A stretch of DNA of 64,000 nucleotides from Phoronis australis (Eukaryota > Animalia > Phoronida), in assembly GCA_002633005.1 (NCBI GenBank), contig NMRA01000294.1, positions 426,948-490,947 of the forward strand, in the 5' to 3' direction. Both the position numbers and the translations under genes were made by a program. This document shows, one piece after another, positions 12,967-25,679 of this stretch; position 1 is the stretch's first letter; each line of letters begins with the position of its first letter. The notes beneath the pieces were generated by a model. The model searched no databases and was not told where the DNA came from. It saw only the letters and a program-made list of their open reading frames with translations.

Positions 12967-13985
12967 CATAGGCGGATTTAGGGGGGGCGCCCCTAACCCC
13001 CCCCCCCACCTTGGCTGCCNNNNNNNNNNNNNNNNNNNNNNNAAAAAGTAAAACAGCAAGAGCGTAGGGAAATGAGTTTATTAATTAACCTCGGTATTTA
13101 ATATTATACGCCTGAAACAAGATTTAAATATGTGCAGTTTTAGTTTTGGGGGGGGGCTCAGATCCAATTTCAAGTGTCAAATTCGGAACACGGCGCAATC
13201 GTAACGGAACTATGGCTAAATGTAGGCTCTCCGGCGATATCCCAGGTGAGCAGCAGTGGCACTGCGCCTACGACTCCGTTTCCGTCGTCTGCTCCAGTGT
13301 GCAATGAAGAAAATTACTTCATTTTTTAAAGAAAACGGAATCTGAGTGACGATCAAAAAACAGAAGCTGCTGGTAAGACGTGAATTTTAATCGAAGCCTT
13401 AGTGAATCACTCAGAAACTCATAATTCTCTCTTTGTCAAACCTTAACTTAAGACTATTTGCAAAGCAATCGTGTCATTGAAGCCAACACAAAACGGATTT
13501 GGTCTTTTGGGCAATTGAAGACTATATATACAACAAATTTGTTACGAACTGATTGCACAAAATATTAAACATTTAATAAGCAGTACAAAAAGAAGTATGT
13601 TTCGTGCGCAAACACTGTTGACCATAAACAAGTAAGTCTCTTAATATCGAATCCCTAATGAAATTGTGGTTGTGTAGTGGTAGGCCTAAAGCACGTGGGA
13701 TCCACCAGCCAGGTCGTGAGTTCGAGTCCCTGGTAATTGCAGTTTTTCCAGTTTGACACTTTCTCCGTGTTTTTATTCTTGGATAATACAGTGTACTTCA
13801 GGAATCAAGGAAAATGCTTGATTTTTAGAGGAAAAAACAGAAAAATTTCCTGGGCGGGAAGGGGGCAAACCCCACCTCCCGACCTTCCCCCCATTTGGTT
13901 CTATGCACATCTACAACCGTGCTTTGCACAATTTTTTACAGACAAAATGTTGGCTCCCCCTTCTGATATCCTAGATCCGACACTG
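12967..13985. mobile_element. Long non-autonomous DNA transposon, copy 2 (inverted relative to copy 1)
   Basis: CATAGGCGGATTTAG...GATCCGACACTG with perfect 5-bp TSD CTATT (12962-12966 and 13986-13990). Confidence 0.85.
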
Positions 13986-14298
13986 CTATTTGTATTGATT
14001 TTAAAAATTGAATTTTTCAAATTATCTTTATTGTAAGTGAAATATGCTCAATTGGCCCCTGTTAAACCCGTGGTAACGCCACCCGCCCCCGTTAATGTAA
14101 CGGTCTACGTATTTAATATAATTCATTATTTTTCTTTGAAACCTGGCACGCTGTAAGCGATGAGGAGGACTTATCTTGGGCCAGTAGGTACATTCCCAGA
14201 GTGCCTCTTTGTCTTCTCTGTAAGATAGCGGCAGTTCCGAGTGCATAAACGCACTGGGAAAATAACTTTACGGTCAGCTGCCTCGACCAAGTATTCCC

Positions 14299-14308
14299 CT
14301 TTAAATAC
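14299..14308 (+). promoter_or_regulatory. Possible TATA-like element of the coiled-coil/Ly6 gene
   Basis: TTTAAATA about 40 bp upstream of ATG 14345; position only. Confidence 0.3.
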
Positions 14309-14344
14309 CGGCGACCCTTCAACCGTACAGGCTAACCACACAAG

Positions 14345-14645
14345 ATGACCGCCCATATCATACCAAATCTGCTCGTTTTAATGAGCCTTATATACAATTG
14401 CCATTGTCTCAACTGTACAGCAAACTCACAATACGTACACGAGTTGAAATCTGAGCTGAACGCCAAGAAAGCGGAGCTGGCTACAGCACGTGCTTTGAAA
14501 GACTCTATGTTTAGATATCTGACAAAGACGGTGAATGATGTGAACGAGGATCTGAAGGCAATGAAGACTGCGCTAGATAAGTGCCGCCATCAGGTGACAA
14601 AGTGTCAAACTACAGCACCTGTGACTACTAAAACACCTCCAATTT
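14345..14645 (+). CDS. Secreted coiled-coil + Ly6/uPAR-domain protein, exon 1 (signal peptide, coiled coil, Thr/Pro linker)
   Basis: MTAHIIPNLLVLMSLIYNCHC signal-like; heptad-like VHELKSELNAKKAELATAR...LTKTVNDVNEDLKAMKTALDKC; linker TTAPVTTKTPP; GTAAGT donor at 14646, phase 1, matching the acceptor at 21665. Confidence 0.75.
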
Positions 14646-14792
14646 GTAAGTATTTTTGTCTTGGATATGCAAACATGCATATAAATGAATTAATTAATTA
14701 ATGTATTTATTATATAACTTCATTTACATCAGATAAATTGTTAGCTTAACTATAAAGTGTTCATTGAAAATTATTGTGCAGAGTGTATATAA

Positions 14793-14795
<3 letters not shown>

Positions 14796-14849
<54 letters not shown>

Positions 14850-14860
14850 GTGTGTGTGCG
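14796..14860. repeat. (TG)n microsatellite
   Basis: Directly visible. Confidence 0.97.
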
Positions 14861-15599
14861 TGTACGTACGTACGTATCTATTTACGTATATGTATACATA
14901 CTCATATCGTCCGGCTTCAGTTTTCACGTTTTGCTTAAATAATTTACAAATACTCAATCTCCTGTAAATTACCCATGTTTTGACTTCGGTACATCTAACC
15001 ATGTACAATTAACCGTCGTTCAAGTAATTTCGCCATTTTTTGTGAAAAACAATATCAACAAGCAAGTGAACCCTCTTTACAGGAAAGGGATCTAAGACCG
15101 AGAAAAAACATAATTTGTTTCCGGTCTTATTTTTTGGAAATCGAGTAGTTGAAGCGGTATTTTTCTGTTGCTCACTATTTCGAAAAAATTCACCAGAGAC
15201 GAGGAAAAATGATGCGGGGTTTGTTCTTTCTAATCGCTTAGCAAATTATGATGCTCCAAACCTTGCTCATTCATGTATTTACGTGCATTTGTCTTTGTGC
15301 AGCTTTTCGAACAATCTGGGACTTCGGCAGAAAATTATGCTGGCGGGCTTATTTGCGAGTCGATGTACACGAGTACAAATGATAACGAACATTGCATTTT
15401 CCTTTAATGCTAAAGATGCTCTGGAAATTGAGAACACGTGGAGTTCCATGAATGGCTGTTAATTTCTACGTGTATTAGCAGAACGAGATTGGTATTAGTC
15501 ATAACACCAAACTATAGTCTAGACGGCACAACATAGGCTCACTGTATGAACCAAGACATTTTGGTTCCACTGAACTTTTTCTGTAGATTTGTGACCTAG

Positions 15600-16900
15600 T
15601 GTGATCCTAACGCAAATTCAGCTTGGTTGCCAGAGAGTTAAGGCAACTCTTGTAATTTGCATAAATCCGACATGACCGCCCGAGGTGCAACTTTTGAATC
15701 ACTCATCTTGGAGTCGTTTTGATACCACTTTCTGTAGCTTTTGGTTATACCGAATACATTTCCTATCATTTCCATTTTGAAATCAAGCTCATGCCAACTC
15801 AAAGATGGCTGCCAGACGCTATCATGAAAATGTAGTTTTGACACATTTATATTAATAATATGATGTGTAGAGGTTTTTGAGTGTGCCAGTGTGGAATCTA
15901 TTTCTCCCCGTTAATTATAGATGTCTTTCTCTCGGGCTCAAACTTGATCAAATTTTTAAAAAAAATTATGCAAACAACACGTCAAGAGAATTGTTTGCTG
16001 GGGAATTGATTCGCCATGCTTGGAAGTCCAGGTGAAGTAAAGGTGCGTTATTATTGAACGTTTGGAAAATATGTTCGTACCTGTAATCTCTGACTGTGAA
16101 ATTTTGATTTATTCGCTCACAGTGGCATTCAAGCTTGTCAAACTTTCATTCTTCCAATTCCGGTGAATGCTATTGTTGTATATTTTAATACACTCTTACA
16201 CTTGATATTTTTGGGCTGCATGTCTTGATGCTGTGGTATTTTTATGAAAATGTCGTTTGATTTTGTTGGGCAATTAGAAATTATAGCCATTCTTTACGTG
16301 AATAGTTGACACACTAAAGCTATGTTTTAATCTAATTAACCCCTTCTCCATATTTCGCTGTTGATTCGGCGCAGTCAGTTTTGGAAGCCTAGAAAGCTCT
16401 TGTTATCTGAGTCAGGAACACGTTTTCTAGCTTCACCAAATGTCAAGCTAGTTTGTTTGTTTTGATGGATCGCGTGTTTGCAGCCACTTTAAGTTGTTAG
16501 TTACTGTTTGTCTGTTAATTGAGTAAAGATTGTCGTACGCTTTATCGTCAAAAGCATACTAATGTCATGGGAACAGTTTACTGTTCCACATTTTGGTAAT
16601 CTTGTTCATACCGATGAGACTGCCTTTAAACAATTAATTGCCAATGAAAGATAATCCCCATCCATTCCTGTAGTCTTGAATAGATCGATAATGGGCTTGA
16701 CATGATCTTCAACCTCAGGAACGTCAACCTTTTCATACAGGAATTTTCCTCATGCCGCTTGTCTGGTAACATATATTAACTCGATTCATAAGAGCGGGGT
16801 TATTTAGCTTCGCACCTTGTTTGAGTTTGGATAACTTAATGTCATTACATTTGATGTGAAAATACATCTTCTAAAAATTTAAGTCAGTGTTTTCCAGTTG
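15600..16900 (-). mobile_element. Very decayed CR1/L2-like LINE relic
   Basis: Scattered motifs on minus strand in the expected order: KTTGMDG (cf. KATGxDG), HDSVW (cf. YCxxVW), QKLQK (cf. LQKLQN); many stops and frameshifts; boundaries approximate. Confidence 0.35.
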
Positions 16901-18489
16901 TTGCGGAATCAAAAGTTTAGTTATATGTACAATTTCATAATCAATTGATTTAATAAGATAAAGTGACCTCCACAAAATCGGTACAGTTTGCATTGCAGGT
17001 GAGTTTACAGACAAGGTTGGCTTTGAGGACTTCATTTATCTGAGTAACTTTGCAAACACTAAAGTAATTATTGTTCTGACCAATGAACTGTTTGAAAGAT
17101 CCTTACATGAGTAAAAGAAAATGTAGAGCGAATAAAGTGAACAAGTTAAAGGGACTTAAAGGGGCGATCAGCCTTCCATGTCAAAAGCGGTTTGTTTTGA
17201 ACGACTTGGCATTATGAAATTGGCTTCAACTTTTTCGTTAGTGAAGTCAGATGTGAGTTCGTGGCTAATTGCAAACAACTGACTGTTCATTGTTACTGCC
17301 TGAGGTCAAGCTTGACACGTTGACCTGTAAAGGCGTGTCATTTTTTATTTATATTAATCCTTTTATACACTCATTTGTTTTTCATTAGCTTAATGCTGGT
17401 CTGTGCGGCCGGTTCCTTCCTTCGTTTTAACGAAAAACGTAACTTGCAATAATTAAAATTTGGGCAAGTTACGTTTTTCCGGACCAAATTGTTTACCTCA
17501 TATCTCATGATTAGATTGATACAATAAATTTCCACAATGACCCGCACGACATAAATCAAATGTGTTGATCTTCGCAGTCACATTTAATATTGCCTTTACG
17601 CAAATGCAATTTTCGACCCGACAGCTCACTAATTGTAATACACAGTCTTCGGATTGCACATTGAATCAACACCTACATGTAACCTAAAATCACGGACCCG
17701 TACCAGCAGAGTCTCAGAAAACACACTGACAACTCAACAAGTGGTGTTATTTTAAATCCCAGTTGTTACTATACATCATTTACCAAAGCTGGATAATTTA
17801 AGGGTTGGGGCCATAACCTTTTGGGGCTCCCTGAATCTGCAGTGGCATAGGAACATTATTTTACGGTGTTAATAACGTAACTGGACGCTGGAGAAAAACA
17901 ATATTCACATGGCAAAGAGACTGCGTTATTTGAAGCACTTATCTGTAACGCACTGAAAGCACTAGATTGAACGTTACACCCATAGTGGTTAGATGGAAGA
18001 AGGTCGATAAAGTCAACATTCAAGGGTATCCCCCCCCCCCCAGAGAGGGCAGCACCTCAGTTATCGTCGCAGCCCAACAGCTGACAGTTTGCTCCTTGAA
18101 ACTTAAGGCATCCCAAAAGTGTAACTGAAGAGATACCAGAGAGCAGATTATTCCCATCCACACCCCCAGTCGGTGCGTGGGAAGACTGACGTATGTGACT
18201 TATGCGTTAGCGGGCTAATTTTGTCGAGAAATCAGTGAGCTTTAGCGCAACCTCAACTCACTTGATACTTCATTATGAAGAAATTTGGCAAAATGACAAA
18301 AGAATGAAATTTGGCCTATTGTCCTTGCTATAACCACCCTCGTCGTTTTACTTTTATTATTTTATCCTCTTATCCGTCGGTAACTGCACGGCATTCCAGC
18401 ATCTATTATATTAACTTTAACATCCTTCGCCGCAGAGATAACAATTCTTGGGCTGTCTCCGGTGAGTCCATTCTTTGTTGAAAGATGTT

Positions 18490-19800
18490 TAGGTAAATTT
18501 ATTTATATAAAATGTTTACAAATTGGGTTCGTCTTCTGATGAAGGGCGCAAGACTCAGTATTATTCTGCACTGCTTCACTTCATGGTATTTTGAAATTGG
18601 TCGCGGCTGCCGCCAAGGAGACCCTGTAATAATAATAATAATATAGGCTCATTGCACTTGAAAATTTTACAATACGGCGATGACATATTCCTCTCTCATT
18701 GGATGGTTCCAGCGAATCACTAAAAACATTCTATGAGTTTATTGGATCAGTTCCTAAAGTTCTCGGGTTTGAAACCCATCCTGGGAAAAACTCATTGTAG
18801 GGCCTATATGGATTGGTTCAATGAAATTATATTACGCTTGTGTTCAGAATTTGATCTCTCCTAGCGTAGAGATTCGTTTACCGCCCTTCTTATCAACTTT
18901 CATACAAATTTAAGAGAAACTTTAGCAAATAATTATGATGTTAAAATTCAAGAAGTCGGATTGACTTCAACAAACTAATCCAAAAGGCCTCTAATACTTC
19001 CTGGCAAAGTAACTGTTATTGAATCACTTGCTTTGCTAAAATTGCCTGTCTTCTGACAACATTGTCTTAACCGTTATACTATACAACTGAATTGCTAGAC
19101 AAGTCATTTTATAGTTTCATCTGGCCAACAAAAAAAAACTTTCGTGGGTTAGAAGATTAATAGGAAGTGATGACAGAGCCTTGAATAAAATGTGTTTCAT
19201 TATGGTAAGGACTATTATTGTTCTCTTGCTCCCTCGGTTTAGAATCAGTTTTTGGAAGAAGTTTTTCGAAATGTTGAAAATTGGTTGGCATTTTCATTAG
19301 TTAAAACAAGTCACAATGACTCGTGAAAATTCCAAATTAAATGGGGAGACTGTCTACATAGAGTACTGTCAAGAGAATGGCGAAGAAGTGTCCACACAAT
19401 AAATTCTTCGTTTACTACTGACACCAATCTCAAATGGTTTCAAATAAGACTTACCTGCAGAGTTCTTACTTCTGGCTTGTTTCCTATATGAAATAGATGT
19501 AGTGAATTCATCGACCAGTACATTTTGAGGAAAAGGTCCAAGAACCTTTGTCATGTTTTGGAAGTGTGTGGAGTTGTTTAGAATTCTTGGAGGTCAGTGA
19601 ACAATTGGGTATCAGCAAAAACAAGGTGTGCTCTCACTTTATGGCGAGTGTTATCTTCGGGAAAGGGAGCGCCATGCATGCATTTGATGTCCTCGTGTGT
19701 ATAAACGCTATATGTACAGGGACAGATTATAAATTCTAGACACCTTGTTTCCAATGGCTGAAACGGGAAATTCTTGAATGTTATAACATAAAAATGTAAT
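18490..19800 (+). mobile_element. L1/Tx1-like LINE ORF2 relic
   Basis: FEIGRGCRQGDP (ending 18625), LKILQYGDDI (YADD equivalent, ~18673), FSGLK, RPLILPGKVTVIESLA and FIW in correct order; frameshifted; boundaries approximate. Confidence 0.8.
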
Positions 19801-21665
19801 ATACCATGAGAACTTGAATTGCGATTAATTTAGAAAATGTGGATCCCTATAGACTGACTTTTGGTCTGATAATGTGATAATTACTCATTTGACTGTATCC
19901 CATTCCAGTGTGAATGGGATGTGAGTGTTCTGTCGTGAAATAGACTTGCGTATCTACAACCTCCATTAGTCAATGCATATTTTATAAAAAACACAAAAAT
20001 TCGCTTAGTTTCAATTCTTGTGGAAATCTGGTTCTTCAGTGGTCGCTGAGGTCCACCGGTTTACTTAAACCATATGGGCATCTTCCCTCTCTATGGCAGT
20101 ACCATAGCCAGCATGAGTTTCTCTCTGCCGCTGCTTAATGCGCCTTCCCTAGCACAGTAAGCCTCTCTATCAACCACCAAACGGACCGTGCAGGGAACCT
20201 TCTGCATTCCATTTCAGAAGGAAACAGACAAGAGTGAGGGAGAGGAGGGAATGCATGGGGGCAGGGGGAACTGCGGAAGGGGCGAAGCGAGGGAGGGAAG
20301 GATGCATAATTATATAGTCTTTTTATCTAGACAATGCTCCCGGAAAACTGGATTTATCATCAAACTTTTGCAAAAATATAAAGTGTACTGCTGTTTTTAT
20401 CTGCAATCGAGAGAAAATCTTATTCAAATCACGCACTTGAGAAATTGAATGCGGGTCATCTGTATTTGTTGCAAAACAAGAGTATAATTTGTCCAAACAG
20501 GATATCCCAGCATTTTGAATATAATGAATGTGCACTGCGATTTGCTGGACTATGTAATAAACGTCAACTTTAGCTGATAAAATAGATGCTGTTGAAGATG
20601 AAATGTAGTTATTATGAATTTTTTACTATTAATAACTAGAGTAAACACTTTCTCTTTGAAAATTTGATTGAATGTTGTGAGTTGTTTATATGACATTCGG
20701 ATGTCTATCACACTGACTAATCACAACATTTTCCAATGTCCTTGCTCCGACTAGATACTGCAGCTTTTCGGCGGAACACCCTGTTGAAGTACATGTACTC
20801 TTAAACCAACTGTAGATGTGTGTGTGTATTTCCAGCGAGTATCATTGTAGTTTTTGGAGGGGTCTGTTAAACATGGTCATAAATATTTCAGGATTACTAA
20901 ATTCCTCTAATCACACGAATCTGGGTCGCCAAGTGTGTTACTTCAAGCAGCTGTAAGTCTCTTCGGTATTACGTTATTCATAGGGTACACATCGCATACG
21001 AACTAGTCACGCCACCAAGTTTGTAAGTTGTTCATAGGATACTATGCAGGTCGCATGCATAGTTGTCACGTTTGGTCACGTATACACGAAGACTCACGGA
21101 AAATCCGTTCCCGCTGGACAAACATTCTCTGAAATCGGAAATGATGGAGCACGATTCGACGATTCCGTGAACATTTCAACACGCATGTCTAGCTTTTCGT
21201 AACAATGCGCTTATTACACTACATTTTGTGAAATTTATTTCTATTTGGCGAAAGCAAAATGAATTTCGGATTTCACATATTTAAAAATAAGAGGGAGAGA
21301 GTCAGTAATCCAAGTTTCAATGTCGTCTGCCGTCACGATAAAACGAAGACGGGTTCATCCGCGTTGTAAATAATGTATATCGGGTTATGCTAAAGTAAAT
21401 TATATGAAAACTAATGCATGCAAATTCATAAACTCGTTTAAAATTCTGAAAATGGTCTCATAAGTAAATTTAGTTGTGCTCAGATAGCCCTCTGCATACA
21501 GAAACGACCAAAAATGAAAACGTTGTCGGGATGTCATTTTAAGTACTACACGGACATTTTTCGTTCAAAAATTGTGTTGTTTCTCTCTTACGACATTCTT
21601 GGTCTGCTCAAAATATATTTATAATTGGCATCTAAACAATTGTAATTCATTTCTTGTTGTTGTAG

Positions 21666-21821
21666 CAAAGCCTTTCCGATGTTACGACTGTCACTACGAA
21701 GTCAGCAATCCCGGGTCCTTTCGCGCTTGCTCCTTACGTGACAAAAAGACTATCTCTTACGTGAACAAGGCCAGATGTCCCACTAATGAGTTCTGTTTCA
21801 CACATAGAGACGTACGGGAAG
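21666..21821 (+). CDS. Coiled-coil + Ly6/uPAR-domain protein, exon 2
   Basis: ttgttgtAG acceptor; (S)KPFRCYDCHYEVSNPGSFRACSLRDKKTISYVNKARCPTNEFCFTHRDVRE(G); GTACAT donor; phase 1 to phase 1; CYxC start typical of LU/quiver domains. Confidence 0.88.
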
Positions 21822-22481
21822 GTACATATTTTGGCGTAACAAAGACATAATTTTTACCACGAGTGCGCTTCGTTTTAGTTGAATATCTCAAAAACAAATT
21901 TTTAATTTGGGATTGGAATTGGGAAAAATGACATCATCAAGAAATTGTATCAATTGATACATTTATGAGCAATGCAAACTCATTTTCTCAAAAATACTTT
22001 CATATGATACAATTTTGACACGATGTCGTTTTTCCAATTACATGGAATTCAGTTTCAAATTTTTCGTTTAATTTAGCTTTGAGTTCCTGGTGATGCACCT
22101 GAAATGATAATCACCGTTGAATGCCGTTGAATTTTCACTTTCATGAATTTACAAAAGTGTCCGTAAAAACGCTAATCCATAAAGGGCTGTGTTATACAAA
22201 ATGTTTCTATTTTAGCTATTATTTCAACTGATGAGAATTCATATTACAAGCTGAAAACAACAGAAGGGTACCTTCAGTTGGCATATCATCTTAGTACCAT
22301 CTCGATCTACGATAACGCTATTTTTACATTTGTCTGGAGGGTACCTATAAATAATTGATTCCATTTCGTTATCAAAGAATGAAACCATCGATCAACGTAA
22401 GTCGCATAATAATCATGCAATTTCATTAATATATTAGTAAACGTCTTAAATATTTAACCGTTATGTGCGTCTTTATTACAG

Positions 22482-22681
22482 GGCGTGTGTTTATCACACG
22501 TGGCTGCACAAACAGATACACCAATAACTATAGGCCCATCAGTCGTACCAGATGTCAGTCTTACACGTTGAATAGAGGACATAGGGACGGGATGATGTTG
22601 ACTTGTCGAGGAGACTTGTGTAACTCAGGTATCAGCCATGGAACAGAGGATCCAGTCTTAAAGGCATGTCTTAATCGTTAA
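22482..22681 (+). CDS. Coiled-coil + Ly6/uPAR-domain protein, terminal exon 3
   Basis: tttattacAG acceptor; (G)RVFITRGCTNRY...RCQSY...TCRGDLCNSGISHGTEDPVLKACLNR*; RGC and CxxDLCN are LU-domain hallmarks. Joined CDS 301+156+200=657 nt, 218 aa. Confidence 0.88.
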
Positions 22682-22759
22682 ACCCACCTGTTATTTTCGT
22701 GCCACGACACATTAGGATTTTGGACAACTGCGTGGTGAATAAGTCCCGGTACTGACTGA

Positions 22760-23704
22760 GGGTGTTCTATCGACTGGAAACAGGAAACTCCGTGTAAAAC
22801 AGATATCCCGGAGCCGAAAAAGACTCCCGCACCTTCAAAACAGCTAACCAACCCGAGAAAGACGAACATCGATCTTTAAAACAAAACCCCGGGCATCGGA
22901 TCGGAAACCCCTACAATTTTTCAAATTTCCCGAGACCGTAGCCTCAGTTTTTGAGTTAAAGCATATTCAAGTACTTTCCAGTTGTTTTCTACATTTTTTC
23001 GTTAAAAATTGTCAATAATAAAACGCAACTTATATTATATCATATTGACTTTGTGATTTGATTTTTATCGGTAAAACTCGTGCAACTTGTCTGTGAGCCA
23101 ATTTCATTATAATCTATACTCTCAACACGTTGTTACATGTATCTCGGTAAATAAATTTCAGATTATTCCATAGTTTCTCCAAAAATATTTTCAAACATGA
23201 AAAACAAAAATATGTTTTCGACTTTCGAGTGCCATTGTTCATTAATTTGTTTGACATGTACGCAACCTCGTGGAAGAAGAAGAGTTGATTGAAGAATTGT
23301 GGAATAAAGAAATTGGCGAATAGGTGAAGCAATGTTTCATCAGTTACGCCGAAAGCCGACTCAAAAGATTCGACCTCAACTTTAGCAGCAGAATAACGTA
23401 GAACGCTAATCCGCCATACGTTGCCTAAATTCTCATGTAGTAAAACAACATATCACAACAATTATTTAAAGTACGAAGATTTATTTTTCATCAAACAATG
23501 TTTGACATAAAGTGCAGGAGTGGTGTTTCCGGTCCCCGGGTGACCTGTCCGATCCCCGGGTGTCCTGTACGATCCACGAGATTCCTGTTTTACAGGTCAG
23601 GGTTTATGTTTCTCGAGCTGGTTAGCTGTTTTGAAGGTGCGGGAATCTCTTTTCGACTGCGGGATATCTGTTTTCACCGAAGTTCCAGTTTCGATGGAAC
23701 ACCC
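22760..23704. mobile_element. MITE with long TIRs (PIF/Harbinger-like), just downstream of the Ly6 stop codon
   Basis: GGGTGTTCTATCGA...TCGATGGAACACCC; about 100+ bp imperfect inverted arms (22760-22860 vs 23609-23704); flanks TGA/AGA. Superfamily is inferred. Confidence 0.7.
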
Positions 23705-23997
23705 AGAGATTACTATCTTACAAATATTACTGACGTATGCACGTATATTACTGACGTATACACGTATCCACTGAAAGTGACAACCAAAGGTGGAATTTTT
23801 TTGAAAACACTCTCCGAAGGATTCTTTTAAGACCATGTTCACTGTACTCGGGTGGATGGGCGAATATATAGCTTTTTGAAAACGCTGACGCATCGTCCCT
23901 ATGAAAGTATACTAAATAGTATGGATAATAAACTTTTTGAAGACGCAAAAAATATGTTTTTTCAGTCGCATTAACGTATTCATGTGACAGGAAAATA

Positions 23998-25276
23998 CGA
24001 GAGTTGTTCAATAAATTCTCGGCCTCACCAAGAAAACAGGGACGCAGGTTAATTTTTCCCATCATAGTGAAATTTCATGTTTTAAAACAGTACTGCATTT
24101 ATGCTGAATTAGTACGGTCAACTGTCGCTAGGTGGCGCTGCTTCAAACCAGCAGACGGCAACACATTCAGCAGAATGGAGATAACGGAGACGAGAGCCGT
24201 CATAAAGAATTTGGGTAAATTGGTATGAAACTAAGATATTCATGAAGAGATGCAAAAACAAACACTCGGAACAGACTCCCTGAGCTACTCCACAGTAAAA
24301 ACGTGGTCAGTTTGTTTCAAGAGGGGTAGAAAGCGTTGAAGATGATCCTCATCAAGGACGTCCCAAATCGTCGACCTCCAGGGAAAATGTGCAGAAAATT
24401 CATGCAGTGGTTATGAAAGACAGGCGAATGACTGTTCAGAATTTGGCAATGAACACTGTTCGCATCAGCAACGGGTCCGTCTCTAAGACTTTGAGTGAAG
24501 ATTTGGGCATGAGTTAGCTGAGTACACGATGGGTGCCAAGAATGTTAACTCAGGATTAGAAAATGAGAAGAATGCAAATTTCAAAGGAACTTCTAGGAAG
24601 ATTCCAGGCAGATTCAGCCAAATTTTAAAGAAGACTTGTAACCCAGGATGAGACTTGGGTCCACTACTTTGACCCGGAATCAGAACAACAAAGTAGACAA
24701 TGGGGGCACGTGCGTTCCCCAAGCCCGAGAAAGTTCAAGTTGGGTGCCTCTGCAAGCAAAGTTATGGCCTCTGTGTTCTGGGACAGCAAAAGTATTCTGG
24801 TGATCGACTGCTTGAAACGAGGACACACTGTTACTGGGAATTGCATCACTTTTGGAAAAACTTAAAAAGCAATCGATGAAAAGAGACTCGGATGGAGTGC
24901 TGTTGCTTCAAGACAACGCACCCGTCCATACTGCCCATGAAGTTGCTGTGGTTGAAGCATCTAGACGAGTCTGAAATCGTTCCGCACCCCGCCTATTCTC
25001 CAGACCTTGCCCCGTCTGATTTATATTTGTTTTCACATTTGAAGGCCTACCTGCGTGGACGCCAGTATGTGAGCGATGATTATGTCATGGATGCAATGAA
25101 AAAGGTATTTTGAGGGGCTCGAGAAAAGTTTCTTTTACGAAGTCATTGCAAAACTGGAGCACAGATGTAAGAAATGCGTTGATGTAACGGGAGATTATAT
25201 TGAAAAATAAAAGTCAAACTTAGTTGCAATCGCGTTGTTTTCTGGGTGAGGCCGAGAACTTATTGAACGACCCTCG
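23998..25276 (+). mobile_element. Full-length decayed mariner (Tc1/mariner) transposon, 1279 bp
   Basis: TA TSDs; TIRs CGAGAGTTGTTCAATAAATTCTCGGCCTCACC / GGTGAGGCCGAGAACTTATTGAACGACCCTCG; transposase motifs MEITETRAVIK, RWVPRML, TQDETWV, QDNAPVH, HPAYSPDLAPSD across several frameshifts and stops. Confidence 0.95.
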
Positions 25277-25679
25277 TAATTACACAAAGAAGCACTAAAA
25301 TATTTTGAAAATTACGCGAAGAAAAAGTTGTGCTTTTCAAATGAAAACGCTTTCGTGCGGAGAGGGCCTATATTTTGCGAGTTTGGCAGCCTAATTCTTA
25401 ATAATACGTGACTGCAGATAACACGGATTCATAAAATAAAGTCTGTTTGAAAAGTATACCCAAGCAATGTCATTTTAATTTGATAATACAAATTTCCTGT
25501 GCCTGTTTACAAATGAGAACATAATGACAATCCGCGGTCTGCACACAAATTTGTGTAATTCGCCTAAAGGAGCGGAAATATCCATCAACTATTTCAACAA
25601 TTTTTATAAGCTTGCTTGCAGTGACAGTAAAAAACCTTCCCTATCGTTTGAAACATGTTCAACATTGGATGTCGGAACG

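Noticed and set aside
7589-13985. A single 6.4-kb composite transposon with ~0.9-kb inverted arms
   Set aside because: Each arm has its own TIR pair and its own different 5-bp TSD, so they are independent insertions.
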